A stretch of 64,000 bases of DNA from Acidimicrobiales bacterium (GTDB taxonomy: Bacteria > Actinomycetota > Acidimicrobiia > Acidimicrobiales > JAUJNH01): contig JAUJNH010000003.1 of the NCBI GenBank assembly GCA_030448245.1, forward strand, positions 43,750 through 107,749, in the 5' to 3' direction. Below the pieces are notes generated by a model. It ran no database searches. It was not told where the DNA came from and saw only the letters and a list, made by a program, of their open reading frames with translations. Below are positions 54,707 to 62,868 of the stretch, piece by piece. Made by a program: the position numbers and the translations under genes. The stretch's first letter is position 1, and each line of letters opens with the position of its first letter.

Positions 54707-54814
54707 CCCAGCCCGCTCGCGTTCCCGTTCGCCTCTCTGAGACCTCTCGACCTCGGCTCCTCTGGGAGCCTCAACCCGTCGCGGCGTGGCGGCCGCGGCC
54801 GCAAAGGACCGCCT

Positions 54815-55195
54815 GTGCTCAACACTGCAAGCTTCCTGTTCATCTACTACATCGGTTGCGGGTACGTGATCGTCCTCCTGTGGATGTGCGTGACCGATCC
54901 ATCGGGTCGAGCCGTCGAACCCGCCGTCCGGAGAAGGCTCCATCGGCTTGCCGTCGCGCTTGCCGTGGTGGGTGTGCTCCATCCAGTCCTCGCGCTGGCC
55001 GGCCGAGACGTCGGCGAGCAGCTCCGCCGGACCGACGGTCCGCCAGACCCGAGGGCGCACCGGACGGCCCGGCTGACCAACTGGGGCCTTGCCGTCGCGC
55101 TCGGTGTTCTCGGAACGGTCGTCGTCAGCCAGCTCGGGCCGTTCGAGGATGCCCCGCTCCTCCGGCAGATCAGCGAAGCGCTGCCCTATGGCTGA
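54815..55195 (+). CDS. hypothetical membrane protein
   Basis: GTG start. FLFIYYIGCGYVIVLLWMCV and WGLAVALGVLGTVVVSQL. About 80% GC3 counted by hand in this frame. Its stop overlaps the next gene's ATG by 8 nt. The opposing 376-aa ORF places its third codon position on this frame's first position. Confidence 0.4.
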   Translation: MLNTASFLFIYYIGCGYVIVLLWMCVTDPSGRAVEPAVRRRLHRLAVALAVVGVLHPVLALAGRDVGEQLRRTDGPPDPRAHRTARLTNWGLAVALGVLGTVVVSQLGPFEDAPLLRQISEALPYG

Positions 55196-55604
55196 GCGGG
55201 CCGCAAGCCGCATGAACCAGCATCGAGGGCTGTGGCCGTTCGCTGCTGCGCTGGTCGCGGCCGGGATGGTCGCTGGGCTCGGGCCTGTCCTGTTGCGGGG
55301 ACCCTCGTTCGTCGAGAGGATCTCGTTCGTCAACCGGGGACCGTACGACATCCAGGTCGAGGTCAGCGACGACGACGAGGGCCGCTGGATGAGCGTCACG
55401 ACCGCCGACGCCGCCTCGACCAGCGTCGGGCTCGACGTCATCGACCAGGGAGCCATCTGGGTGCTTCGGTTCCGGGCACAGAGCCGAGACGCCGGGCAGC
55501 TGCGCATCACCCGGGCGGAGCTGCAGCAGGCCGGGTGGACGGTTGAGGTGCCCCAGGCGGTGACCGACAGCCTCCGAGAAGCAGGAGCACCCCCCACGCC
55601 ATGA
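55188..55604 (+). CDS. hypothetical membrane-anchored/secreted protein
   Basis: From ATG 55188: LWPFAAALVAAGMVAGLGPVLL, then SFVNRGPYDIQVEVSDDDEGRWMSVTTADAASTSVGLDVIDQGAIWVLRFRAQ. Confidence 0.5.
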   Translation: MAERAASRMNQHRGLWPFAAALVAAGMVAGLGPVLLRGPSFVERISFVNRGPYDIQVEVSDDDEGRWMSVTTADAASTSVGLDVIDQGAIWVLRFRAQSRDAGQLRITRAELQQAGWTVEVPQAVTDSLREAGAPPTP

Positions 55605-55647
55605 ACCGCTACCGTCCCCGTCCACCCGTCGAACGGCAGGTGACCCC

Positions 55648-56127
55648 ATGACAGAGGTGACCGAGACCCAGCTCCCCGGTGTCGGCGTGCGCCACGAGTT
55701 CACGACGGTCTCCGGCGAGCGTGTCGCGGTGCTGTCGCACCGCACCGGCCGCCGGGAGATCGCCGTGTACGACCGGGCGGATCCCGATGCCTGCTCGACG
55801 GTGCTGCACCTCAGCAACGACGACACCCGCACCCTGGCCGAACTCCTCGGCGGCAGCCCGGTGAGCGAGGCGGTCTCCGGCGTGCAGCAGCTCAAGGGCG
55901 TGGCCGTCGACTGGATCCGGATCAGGCCCGGCAACCAGCATGCCGGCGCCACGATCGGCGACGGCCGGTTCCGAACCCGCACGGGCGCCTCCATCGTGGC
56001 GTTGGTGCGTGGCGACGAGACGTTGCCGGCCCCCGGACCGGAGGTGGCCCTGGAGGCCGAGGACGTCGTCGTGGCCGTCGGCACCACCGGCGGCCTCCGC
56101 CAGCTCCGCGACCTCCTCGAGGCGTGA
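55648..56127 (+). CDS. cation:proton antiporter regulatory subunit (KhtT/YhaT-like, TrkA-C domain)
   Basis: MTEVTETQLPGVGVRHEFTTVSGERVAVLSHRTGRREIAVYD and the C-terminal TGASIVALVRGDETLPAPGPEVALEAEDVVVAVG. Confidence 0.8.
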   Translation: MTEVTETQLPGVGVRHEFTTVSGERVAVLSHRTGRREIAVYDRADPDACSTVLHLSNDDTRTLAELLGGSPVSEAVSGVQQLKGVAVDWIRIRPGNQHAGATIGDGRFRTRTGASIVALVRGDETLPAPGPEVALEAEDVVVAVGTTGGLRQLRDLLEA

Positions 56128-57308
56128 CCCCGGTCCTGGCAGCAGCCAGCGGCGAGGCCGCCCTCGCCTTCATCGAGATCGGTGCAGTCGCCCTGGTCCT
56201 GTCCGTGCTCGCCCGCCTGGCGGGACGCCTCGGCATCACCGCCATACCCCTCTACCTGCTGGCCGGACTGGCCGTCGGCGAGGGAGGCATCGCACCGCTC
56301 GACGTCAGCGCCGACTTCATCCAGCTCGCCGGAGAGATCGGGGTCCTGCTCCTGCTGCTCACCCTCGGGCTGGAGTACAGCCCCGACGAGCTGCGCCACG
56401 GCCTGCGAAGCAGCCTCACACCCGGCGCCGTCGACGCCCTGGCCAACTTCACCCCGGCCTTCCTGGTCGGCCTCATCCTGGGCTGGGAACCCGCCGCCGC
56501 CCTCCTGCTCGGCGGTGTCTGCTGGATCAGCTCCTCCGGGGTCGTCTCCAAGGTCCTCACCGACCTCGACCGGCTCGGCAACCGGGAGACCCCCGCAGTC
56601 CTGAACCTCCTCGTCATCGAGGACCTGGCCATGGCCGTCTACCTCCCCGTCGTCGGCGCCCTCATCGTCGGCAGCGGGGCAGCCGACACCGCCGCCACCG
56701 TCGCCATCGCCCTCGGTGCCGTCACCCTCATCCTGGCTGTCGCGCTCCGCTGGGGCGACCACCTCAGCAGGCTCCTCGCCCCCGCCTCGGACGAAGCGTT
56801 GCTCCTCGCCGTGTTCGGACTGACACTGCTCGTTGGAGGCTTGGCCCAGGAGGTCCAGGTGTCGGCAGCCATCGGCGCCTTCCTCGTCGGCCTCGCCCTG
56901 TCCGGGTCGGTCCAAGCCCGAGCGGCCGCCGTGGTGGGCCCACTGCGCGACCTGTTCGCCGCGACCTTCTTCCTCTTCTTCTCCTTCTCGGTCGACCCCA
57001 GCGACCTCGTCGCCGTCCTGCTGCCTGCAGCGGCCCTCGCCCTGCTCGGGATCTTCGGCAAGATCCTCTCGGGATGGGTGGCAGCCCGAACCGCGACCGC
57101 GCGGACCCCCGGACGGCTCCGAGCCGGGACGGTCCTCATCGCCCGAGGCGAGTTCTCCGTCGTCATCGCCGCCCTCGGGGCAACGACGGCCGACGGCGCC
57201 GAGCTCGGCGCTCTCACCGCCGCCTACGTGCTCATCACGGCCATCGCCGGCCCCCTCGCCGCCAAGTACTCCGACCGCCTGGCCACCCGGGTGGCCACGG
57301 CCACCTAG
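56124..57308 (+). CDS. CPA2-family cation:proton antiporter (KhtU/YhaU-like)
   Basis: 394 aa, about 12 TM. GITAIPLYLLAGLAVG, GVLLLLLTLGLEYSPDEL. 4-nt overlap with the regulatory-subunit gene. Confidence 0.85.
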   Translation: MTPVLAAASGEAALAFIEIGAVALVLSVLARLAGRLGITAIPLYLLAGLAVGEGGIAPLDVSADFIQLAGEIGVLLLLLTLGLEYSPDELRHGLRSSLTPGAVDALANFTPAFLVGLILGWEPAAALLLGGVCWISSSGVVSKVLTDLDRLGNRETPAVLNLLVIEDLAMAVYLPVVGALIVGSGAADTAATVAIALGAVTLILAVALRWGDHLSRLLAPASDEALLLAVFGLTLLVGGLAQEVQVSAAIGAFLVGLALSGSVQARAAAVVGPLRDLFAATFFLFFSFSVDPSDLVAVLLPAAALALLGIFGKILSGWVAARTATARTPGRLRAGTVLIARGEFSVVIAALGATTADGAELGALTAAYVLITAIAGPLAAKYSDRLATRVATAT

Positions 57309-57320
57309 ACGGTGCTGCCA

Positions 57321-57656
57321 TCAGCGCTTCGGTGGAAGGGAGCGGGCGTAGCCGACACCCCGCTCCACCCACGAGAGCAGCTGGCGCTTGGTCCGCACGT
57401 CAGCGGCGTCGACCCGCAGCCAGCCCGCCACGTCGCGCCCCCGCATCTGCATGGGCTCGGCCTTGGTCCGGGTCAGGAGCGCCCCGGCCGACGAGGGATC
57501 GACCCGCACCAGCACACCTCCCTGGCCGCTGGCGGCGATCGCCATGTTGCCGCCGACGAGGAAGGCCAGCCCCCCGAACATCTTCTTCTCGGTGACATCA
57601 GCGTCGCCTGACAGCAGCTCGCGCAGCCGATCCGCCAGATCCTCGTCGTACGCCAC
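57321..57656 (-). CDS. TfoX/Sxy N-terminal-domain family protein
   Basis: MAYDEDLADRLRELL...VTEKKMFGGLAFLVGGNMAIAAS...VLVRVD; 111 aa. Confidence 0.8.
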   Translation of the reverse strand: MAYDEDLADRLRELLSGDADVTEKKMFGGLAFLVGGNMAIAASGQGGVLVRVDPSSAGALLTRTKAEPMQMRGRDVAGWLRVDAADVRTKRQLLSWVERGVGYARSLPPKR

Positions 57657-57715
57657 GTGCTGATGCTACGAGGCGCTGCTTCCGTGCTGGCGTGTCACCG
57701 GCTGCTGTCGTCCAG

Positions 57716-58243
57716 CTACCAGCAAAGCAGGGCGGAGACGATCGCCATCCACCCGACGAGCCAGACCCCGATGGTCGCGAGGAGGGCGGCGCCTCCGCCG
57801 ATCAGGTTGACCAGACGCTTCCATGCTGGCTCCTCGGGTCCACGGTCAGCAGGCTGGCGGGGTGCAGCAGGGTCCCACCTGAAGCGGTTCGCGTCCTTGG
57901 CGGCGCCCTGGAGCTCTCTCAGGCGCTCCGCCACCGGGCGGGGATACGCGTCGATCTCGTTCCGGACGGGCAGGGCCTTGATCACGTTGACGGCGTCGTG
58001 GCCGTGACGCTCGTGCAGGGCTCGCACGGCCGCCTCGGCTTCTGGGCCGCTGCGCTCGGTCAGGAACCAGTAGGCCCCGGCACGAGGAAGGTCACCCATC
58101 TCGAAGAAGACCCGGCCGGCCAGCTCGAGCACCCCCTGATCTGCGGGACGGCCGGCCACCATGCCCGTCACCCGGTCGCGCGCCTTCCACAGCCGTCCCG
58201 CGGCGAGATCGTCCCTCACCCGCTCCAGCCCGTCATGACCCAC
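57716..58243 (-). CDS. hypothetical protein with helical repeat N-terminus and C-terminal TM anchor
   Basis: ERVRDDLAAGRLWKARDRVTGMVAGRPADQGVLELAGRVFFEMGDLPRAGAYWFL and the C-terminal LIGGGAALLATIGVWLVGWMAIVSALLCW. Confidence 0.55.
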   Translation of the reverse strand: MGHDGLERVRDDLAAGRLWKARDRVTGMVAGRPADQGVLELAGRVFFEMGDLPRAGAYWFLTERSGPEAEAAVRALHERHGHDAVNVIKALPVRNEIDAYPRPVAERLRELQGAAKDANRFRWDPAAPRQPADRGPEEPAWKRLVNLIGGGAALLATIGVWLVGWMAIVSALLCW

Positions 58244-58480
58244 GGAACTGATGTTCTCAGGCGAAGGAACAGACGCGAGCCGAATTTCCCCGGTACCGGA
58301 AACCTCTCGCTGGATGGAAGGTCCCTTCGGACGCCCAAGCCAGGATGGGGGCCGTGCCGACCGCTGCTGGTCTCGACGCCGACGGCGGGCACGGGCGTGC
58401 AGATCTTCGCCTACCGGCCCGCCTGCGCCGGTCTTCAGGGGCCGGCGGCGACGTGACGCCCCTGCGAGCGGCTGCTCGGC

Positions 58481-58931
58481 CTATCGAGAGCGCCTGGTGA
58501 CCACGAAGCGGTCTCCGGATCGCCGCCCGACGAGCTCGATCTCCCGGTCGGACCACCGCACCCCCTGCTCCTCGTTGGCGTCCTCCATGCTCGCCGGGTC
58601 GAAGCCTTCGAGGAGAAGGAAGCGTCCGCCGCACTGCGGGGGGTACGACTGGGCCAGCGCCTCGCAGAGCTGGACGCGACCGGCGTGCGCGAGCAGGGAG
58701 CCGCGCACGGCGATCTCGCCGGGCGCATCCGACTCGAGTGCTTGAAGCACGGTCAAGGCGCCTCCTGGCGCCGGTTGACCGGCGGCTGGCCCTCCCCCAC
58801 CACCAGCGGGCCCGTCGGTTCCGCCGGGCTGCTCGCGCACGCCGCCGGGCCACGGCAACGGCCACGAGCACCACCGTGCGTCGGATGCTCGCAAGAAGGC
58901 CGCTGCCTGGGAGGTGCCGAAGCCACGTCAT
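58481..58931 (-). CDS. hypothetical membrane-anchored protein downstream of the ECF sigma gene; possible frame break near 58850
   Basis: ATG 58931 gives MTWLRHLPGSGLLASIRRTVVLVAVAVA (TM) in one frame. The domain ALTVLQALESDAPGEIAVRGSLLAHAGRVQLCEALAQSYPPQCGGRFLLLEGF...VRWSDREIELVG is in the frame of ORF 58481..58894. Length is 451 nt, one base over a multiple of 3. Confidence 0.35.
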
Positions 58932-59031
58932 ACGTGCTCCTTCGACGTCCGGGCGCCGGCCGAGGTTCCCGCCGCGCCAGGGTCCTCGACCTCCGTCGTC
59001 GCCCCCCGCTGACGAGGGTGGTGCGAAGTGC

Positions 59032-59610
59032 TCACGCGCTCCATGCCAGCCTCTCGTCGTCGGCCAGCACGGGCCGCAGCGCGGTGAGGGCCCTGTGCAG
59101 GCGGGACTTGACGGTTCCCTCCGGGATCCCGAGCCGCGAGGCGGTCTCCCGCAGCGACAGCCCGGCCAGCACCCGCAGGGCCAGCACCTCCCGGTGCTCG
59201 GGGCCGAGGCTTCGCAGGGCGGCGGCCACCACCGGTCGCAGGGTGGGGTCCGCATCGGTGTGGACAGCAGCCTGCGTCCCCGTGCCGAGGGTGGCGTGCA
59301 GGTCCCTGCGCCGCCGGGTTGCCCGGTGGTGGTCGATCGCCACGTTCGAGGCCACCTGGCCCACCCAGGGGCACAGCTGCTCGTCGCTGGGAGCGAACCG
59401 CAGCACGCGGATCTGGACCTCCTGCAGCGAGTCCTCGAGGTCGGGGCCGTGCACGCCGCGGCGGATGAGGACGAGCCGAGCCACCCGCTCCTCGGCAGGG
59501 TCGAGAGGCCGGGACCGGCCTCGGTGGGGGCGCGTTTCGAGAAGCATCTGTTCTCCAGTCGTCTCTGCATGGATAGGGATGTGGACGAGGCCGGCCCCTG
59601 GGCTTGACAC
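59032..59610 (-). CDS. ECF-type RNA polymerase sigma-70 family factor
   Basis: DLEDSLQEVQIRVLR (region 2), NVAIDHHRATRRR, and region 4 EHREVLALRVLAGLSLRETASRLGIPEGTVKSRLHRA. The start may be the internal ATG near 59547. Confidence 0.8.
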   Translation of the reverse strand: MSSPGAGLVHIPIHAETTGEQMLLETRPHRGRSRPLDPAEERVARLVLIRRGVHGPDLEDSLQEVQIRVLRFAPSDEQLCPWVGQVASNVAIDHHRATRRRRDLHATLGTGTQAAVHTDADPTLRPVVAAALRSLGPEHREVLALRVLAGLSLRETASRLGIPEGTVKSRLHRALTALRPVLADDERLAWSA

Positions 59611-59628
59611 CTGGGGTCGGCCCGGCGT

Positions 59629-60273
59629 TCAGGTCGTTCGCAGCGCCTCGGTCGGCGCCAGCCGGCCTGCTCGGACCGCGGGGTAGAGACCGGCCACGGC
59701 CCCGATGACGAGCGCAGCGGCCACACCGCCGACCAGGCCGACGGCAGGGAGGACCGTGGCCCACCCCTGGCTCCGGGCGTAGCCCGCGGTCACGGCCGCA
59801 CCCAGCGTCACGCCGGAGAGGCCGCCCAGGCCGGACAGGATGAGTGACTCGGTGAGGAACTGCAGGGCGCCGGGGGTCGAGTCGGCGGCCAGGCCCCGAT
59901 AGGCCGGGACGTCGCCGTAGAACAGGCGCACCTCCCGGCCGTCGAGGGCGTAGAGGGCGCCGTTCCTCTCGACCACCGACCCTTCGGCGGCCAGCCTCGT
60001 CACCGTGCCCTGCCCCCGGTTCGTCACCGAGGTCGAGGCGCCATAGCCCAGCGTGCCCTCGACGGCCTCGCGCTCGACGAGCGTCCTGCGCACGATGGGG
60101 GTGGTGGCTGGCTGCTTGCGGAGCTCGGGGTCGCCCGAGCCCCCGGAGCCGGTCCCGCCCGACGAGATGCCGAACAGCGCCACGGCGGCGAAGAGCGGTG
60201 CGGCGGTGAAGAGGGCGAGCCGGCGAGCCCGGTGGGAGCGGCCCCCGCGGGCCTGGCCGGAGTCGGCGCTCAC
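59629..60273 (-). pseudogene. deletion-generated chimera: N-terminus of a HlyD/MacA-like periplasmic adaptor fused to the last TM pair of a MacB/FtsX-type ABC permease
   Basis: aa 1-136: LFTAAPLFAAVALFG (TM), TPIVRRTLVEREAVEGTLGYGASTSVTNRGQGTVTRLAAEGSVVERNGALYALDGREVRLFYGDVPAYRGL (adaptor N-terminus). aa 137-214: LQFLTESLILSGLGGLSGVTLG...AGLYPAVRAGRLAPTEALRTT (FtsX C-terminus). The junction is near 59866. Confidence 0.6.
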
Positions 60274-60827
60274 TTCTTGCTCCCGGCAGGAGCACCCGGC
60301 TCGGGCATGCCCACCTGCTTGCTGCAGGTGGCCTGGGCCTTCTTGAACTCGGGGCTGTCGAGCTGCTCGTCACCGAGGTCGAGCGTGGCGCCGCCGCCGC
60401 TCTCCATCGTCGGGTCAGGCATGTCGATGCCCTGCTCGCGCATGCAGCGCGACATCTTCAGGGCCTTGTCCTGGAAGTCCTTGTCGGGTTCGCCCATGGT
60501 GCCCTTGAGCGCCTCACGCTCGGCCTTGCACTTCCCGTCGAGGCTCTGCATGTCGTCCTGGCCAGGGCCGGCGCTGCCGGGGGCGACCTCGATCATCCCG
60601 TTGGGGTCCGGGTCCGGCACGTCCACGCCGTTGGCCCGCAGGCACTTGACGTAGGCCAGCGAGGCCGACTGCGGGTCGGTCTTGCCCTTCGGCGCCCCCT
60701 TGGCCGTGGTGGTGGTCCGGGATCCGTCGGCCGTGGCCACGCCCGTGGTCTTCTGGTCCCCGCCGCCGCAGGCGCCGACGAGCAGGGCAAGAGCCAGGCT
60801 GGCCACGGCCAGGTAGCGCTTGGTCAT
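60270..60827 (-). CDS. lipoprotein
   Basis: From ATG 60827: MTKRYLAVASLALALLVGACGG (lipobox LVGAC). Four further Cys in a Lys/Asp-rich mature part. 4-nt overlap with the next gene. Confidence 0.7.
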   Translation of the reverse strand: MTKRYLAVASLALALLVGACGGGDQKTTGVATADGSRTTTTAKGAPKGKTDPQSASLAYVKCLRANGVDVPDPDPNGMIEVAPGSAGPGQDDMQSLDGKCKAEREALKGTMGEPDKDFQDKALKMSRCMREQGIDMPDPTMESGGGATLDLGDEQLDSPEFKKAQATCSKQVGMPEPGAPAGSKK

Positions 60828-60937
60828 TCCACTCTCCTGTTCGTCCGTCCGTCGCCGGCGCTCGCCGGCAAGCAGAGTGGTACGACAACGGCGATAACCA
60901 GGCGGTAAACGGTTCCGGCGTTCTGCCCGACGAAGCG

Positions 60938-62159
60938 TTATCCAGGCGTTATGCCGGAGGCCCCGGTGAGCCGGGTGGGGAGCCGCACCTCGACCTGCAG
61001 GCCACCCCCGGGCCGCGGGGCCGCCCACACCTGCCCGCCGTGGGACCGCACGACCGCCTGCACGATCGACAGGCCCAGCCCGGAGCCGACGACCGACCGG
61101 GTCCGGTCGCCCCCGAGGCGTCGGAACGGCTCGAGAGCCGGGCGATCTCGCCGGGGCCGATGTCGGGCCCGGTGTTCGCCACCGAGACGGCGGCGCGACC
61201 GTCGGCCGCTCGCGTGGTGACCTCGATCGAACCGCCGTGGACGTTGTGGCGGACCGCGTTCTCGACGAGGTTGCAGACCACCCGCTCGAGCAACGGGGGG
61301 TCGCCGCAGGCGGTGGCCGGTCCGAGCTGGCGCTGGACGCGAAGCTCGGCCGCCGCCACCTCGCCCGCCACGGCGTCCAGCGCCTGCTCGGCCGCGGCGG
61401 CCAGGTCGACCGGGCTCCACTCCTCGATGCGCCGGTCGCTTCGGGCCAGCAAGAGCAGGCTGTCGATCAGGCGCTCGCTGCGGCCGATGGCGTGCCGCAG
61501 CTTCTCGGCCGTGGCCGAGTCCTCGGGTGAACGGCCCGGTCCGGCGAGCTCGACGTCGACCAGAGCGCGCTGGATGGCCAGCGGGGTGCGCAGCTCGTGC
61601 GAGGCGTTGGCGATGAAGCGCTTCTGGGCGTCGAAGGCGGTGCTCAGCCGGGCCAGCATGTCGTCGAACGTGTCGGCCAGCTCCTTCAGCTCGTCGGAGG
61701 GGCCCTCGAGGGCGATCCGCTCGTGCAGGTTCTGGTCGGACAGCCGCCGAGCGGTTGCGGTGATGCGGTGGAGCGGCTGCAGGACCCGCCCCGCCACGAT
61801 CCACCCCAGGGCGATGGAGACGAGCGCCATCAGGCCGAGGCCGCCAGCGACTGCACCACGAGGGTGTCGAGCGTCCGCTGCCGGTACTCCCTGGCGCTCT
61901 GGATGAAGGCGTCCTGGATGCGACGCCCCTCGGGCGTGCTGATGTCGACCGGCAGCACCTGGTCGAACGCCCCGCCGACCGGCGCCTCCAGGGGCAGGAC
62001 GTTCCGCTCGATGGCCGGAGCAGCAGTCACGTGCACCGGCTCGGGAAGACGGGAGCGGACCAGTCCGTAGTTCACGACCAGCAGCAGCGCCCCGGCGAAG
62101 AGGAACAGCCCCCCGTAGAGCATGGTGAGGCGCAGGCGGACGCTGAGGCGCAACCTCAC
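60938..62159 (-). pseudogene. sensor histidine kinase (HAMP-HisKA-HATPase) with two apparent -1 frameshifts
   Basis: GTG 62159 (GTGA overlap with the RR stop). LTMLYGGLFLFAGALLLVV...TLDTLVVQSLA | GLGLMALVSIALGWIVAGRVL...FIANASHELRTPLA (H-box)...LVENAVRHN...GPGEIARL | FEPFRRLGG...GSGLGLSIVQAVV. Breaks are near 61842 and 61134. Length is 1222 nt, or 1224 with two added bases. Confidence 0.75.
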
Positions 62160-62811
62160 GGCGTGATGCGGTACCCCGCGCCGGGCAGCGTCTCGATGAC
62201 CTGGGGCTCGCCCAGCTTGCGCCGCAGCTTCATCACGGTCACGCGGACCGTGTTGGTGAAGGGGTCGGCGAACTCGTCCCACGCCCGCTCGAGCAGCTCC
62301 TCGGCGCTGACGGTCCGGCCGCCGGCGCCCAGCAAGACCTCGAGCACGGCGAACTCCTTGGGGGCCAGGTTCAGCTCCCGGCCGCCACGGGTGGCCCGGC
62401 GTCGCCCTGGGTCGACCTCGACGTCGGCGGCCCGCAGCTCAGGCGGGGTGGCCGGGACCCGCCGGCCCAGGGTCCGCACCCGCGCCACCAGCTCGGAAAA
62501 GGCGAAGGGCTTGGGGAGGTAGTCGTCGGCGCCGATGGTGAGCCCTTCCACCCGCTCCTCGACGGCGCCGGAGGCGGTCAGCATCAGGATCCGGGCGGTC
62601 CGCCCTTCCTCGACCAGGGTCCGGCAGACGTCGTCGCCGTGCACCAGAGGGAGGTCACGGTCGAGGACGACCACGTCGTAGTCGTTGACCAAGGCCTTGT
62701 CGAGGGCCCCCTCGCCGTCGTGCGCGACGCCACCGCCATGCCCTCCCTGCGCAGGCCGAGGGCCACCACCTCAGCCATCACCTCCTCGTCCTCGACCACC
62801 AAGACCCGCAT
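62156..62811 (-). pseudogene. OmpR-family response regulator with one apparent -1 frameshift
   Basis: MRVLVVEDEEVMAEVVALGLRREGMAV | AHDGEGALDKALVNDYDVVVLDRDLP...MLTASG...DDYLPKPF...winged helix ...LPGAGYRITP. The break is near 62730. Length is 656 nt, or 657 with one added base. Confidence 0.75.
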
Positions 62812-62868
62812 GAGCTGCCATCCTCACCCGAACCAGATAACGCCGAGATAACCAGAGTTGGCCCGGCG

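Noticed and set aside
54467-55597. 376-aa reverse ORF covering 54.5-55.6 kb
   Set aside because: Its third codon position coincides with the first position of the forward ORFs 54815..55195 and 55188..55604. Those forward ORFs show the higher GC3 and have TM or secreted-protein features. The reverse translation is Arg/Pro/Gly-rich.
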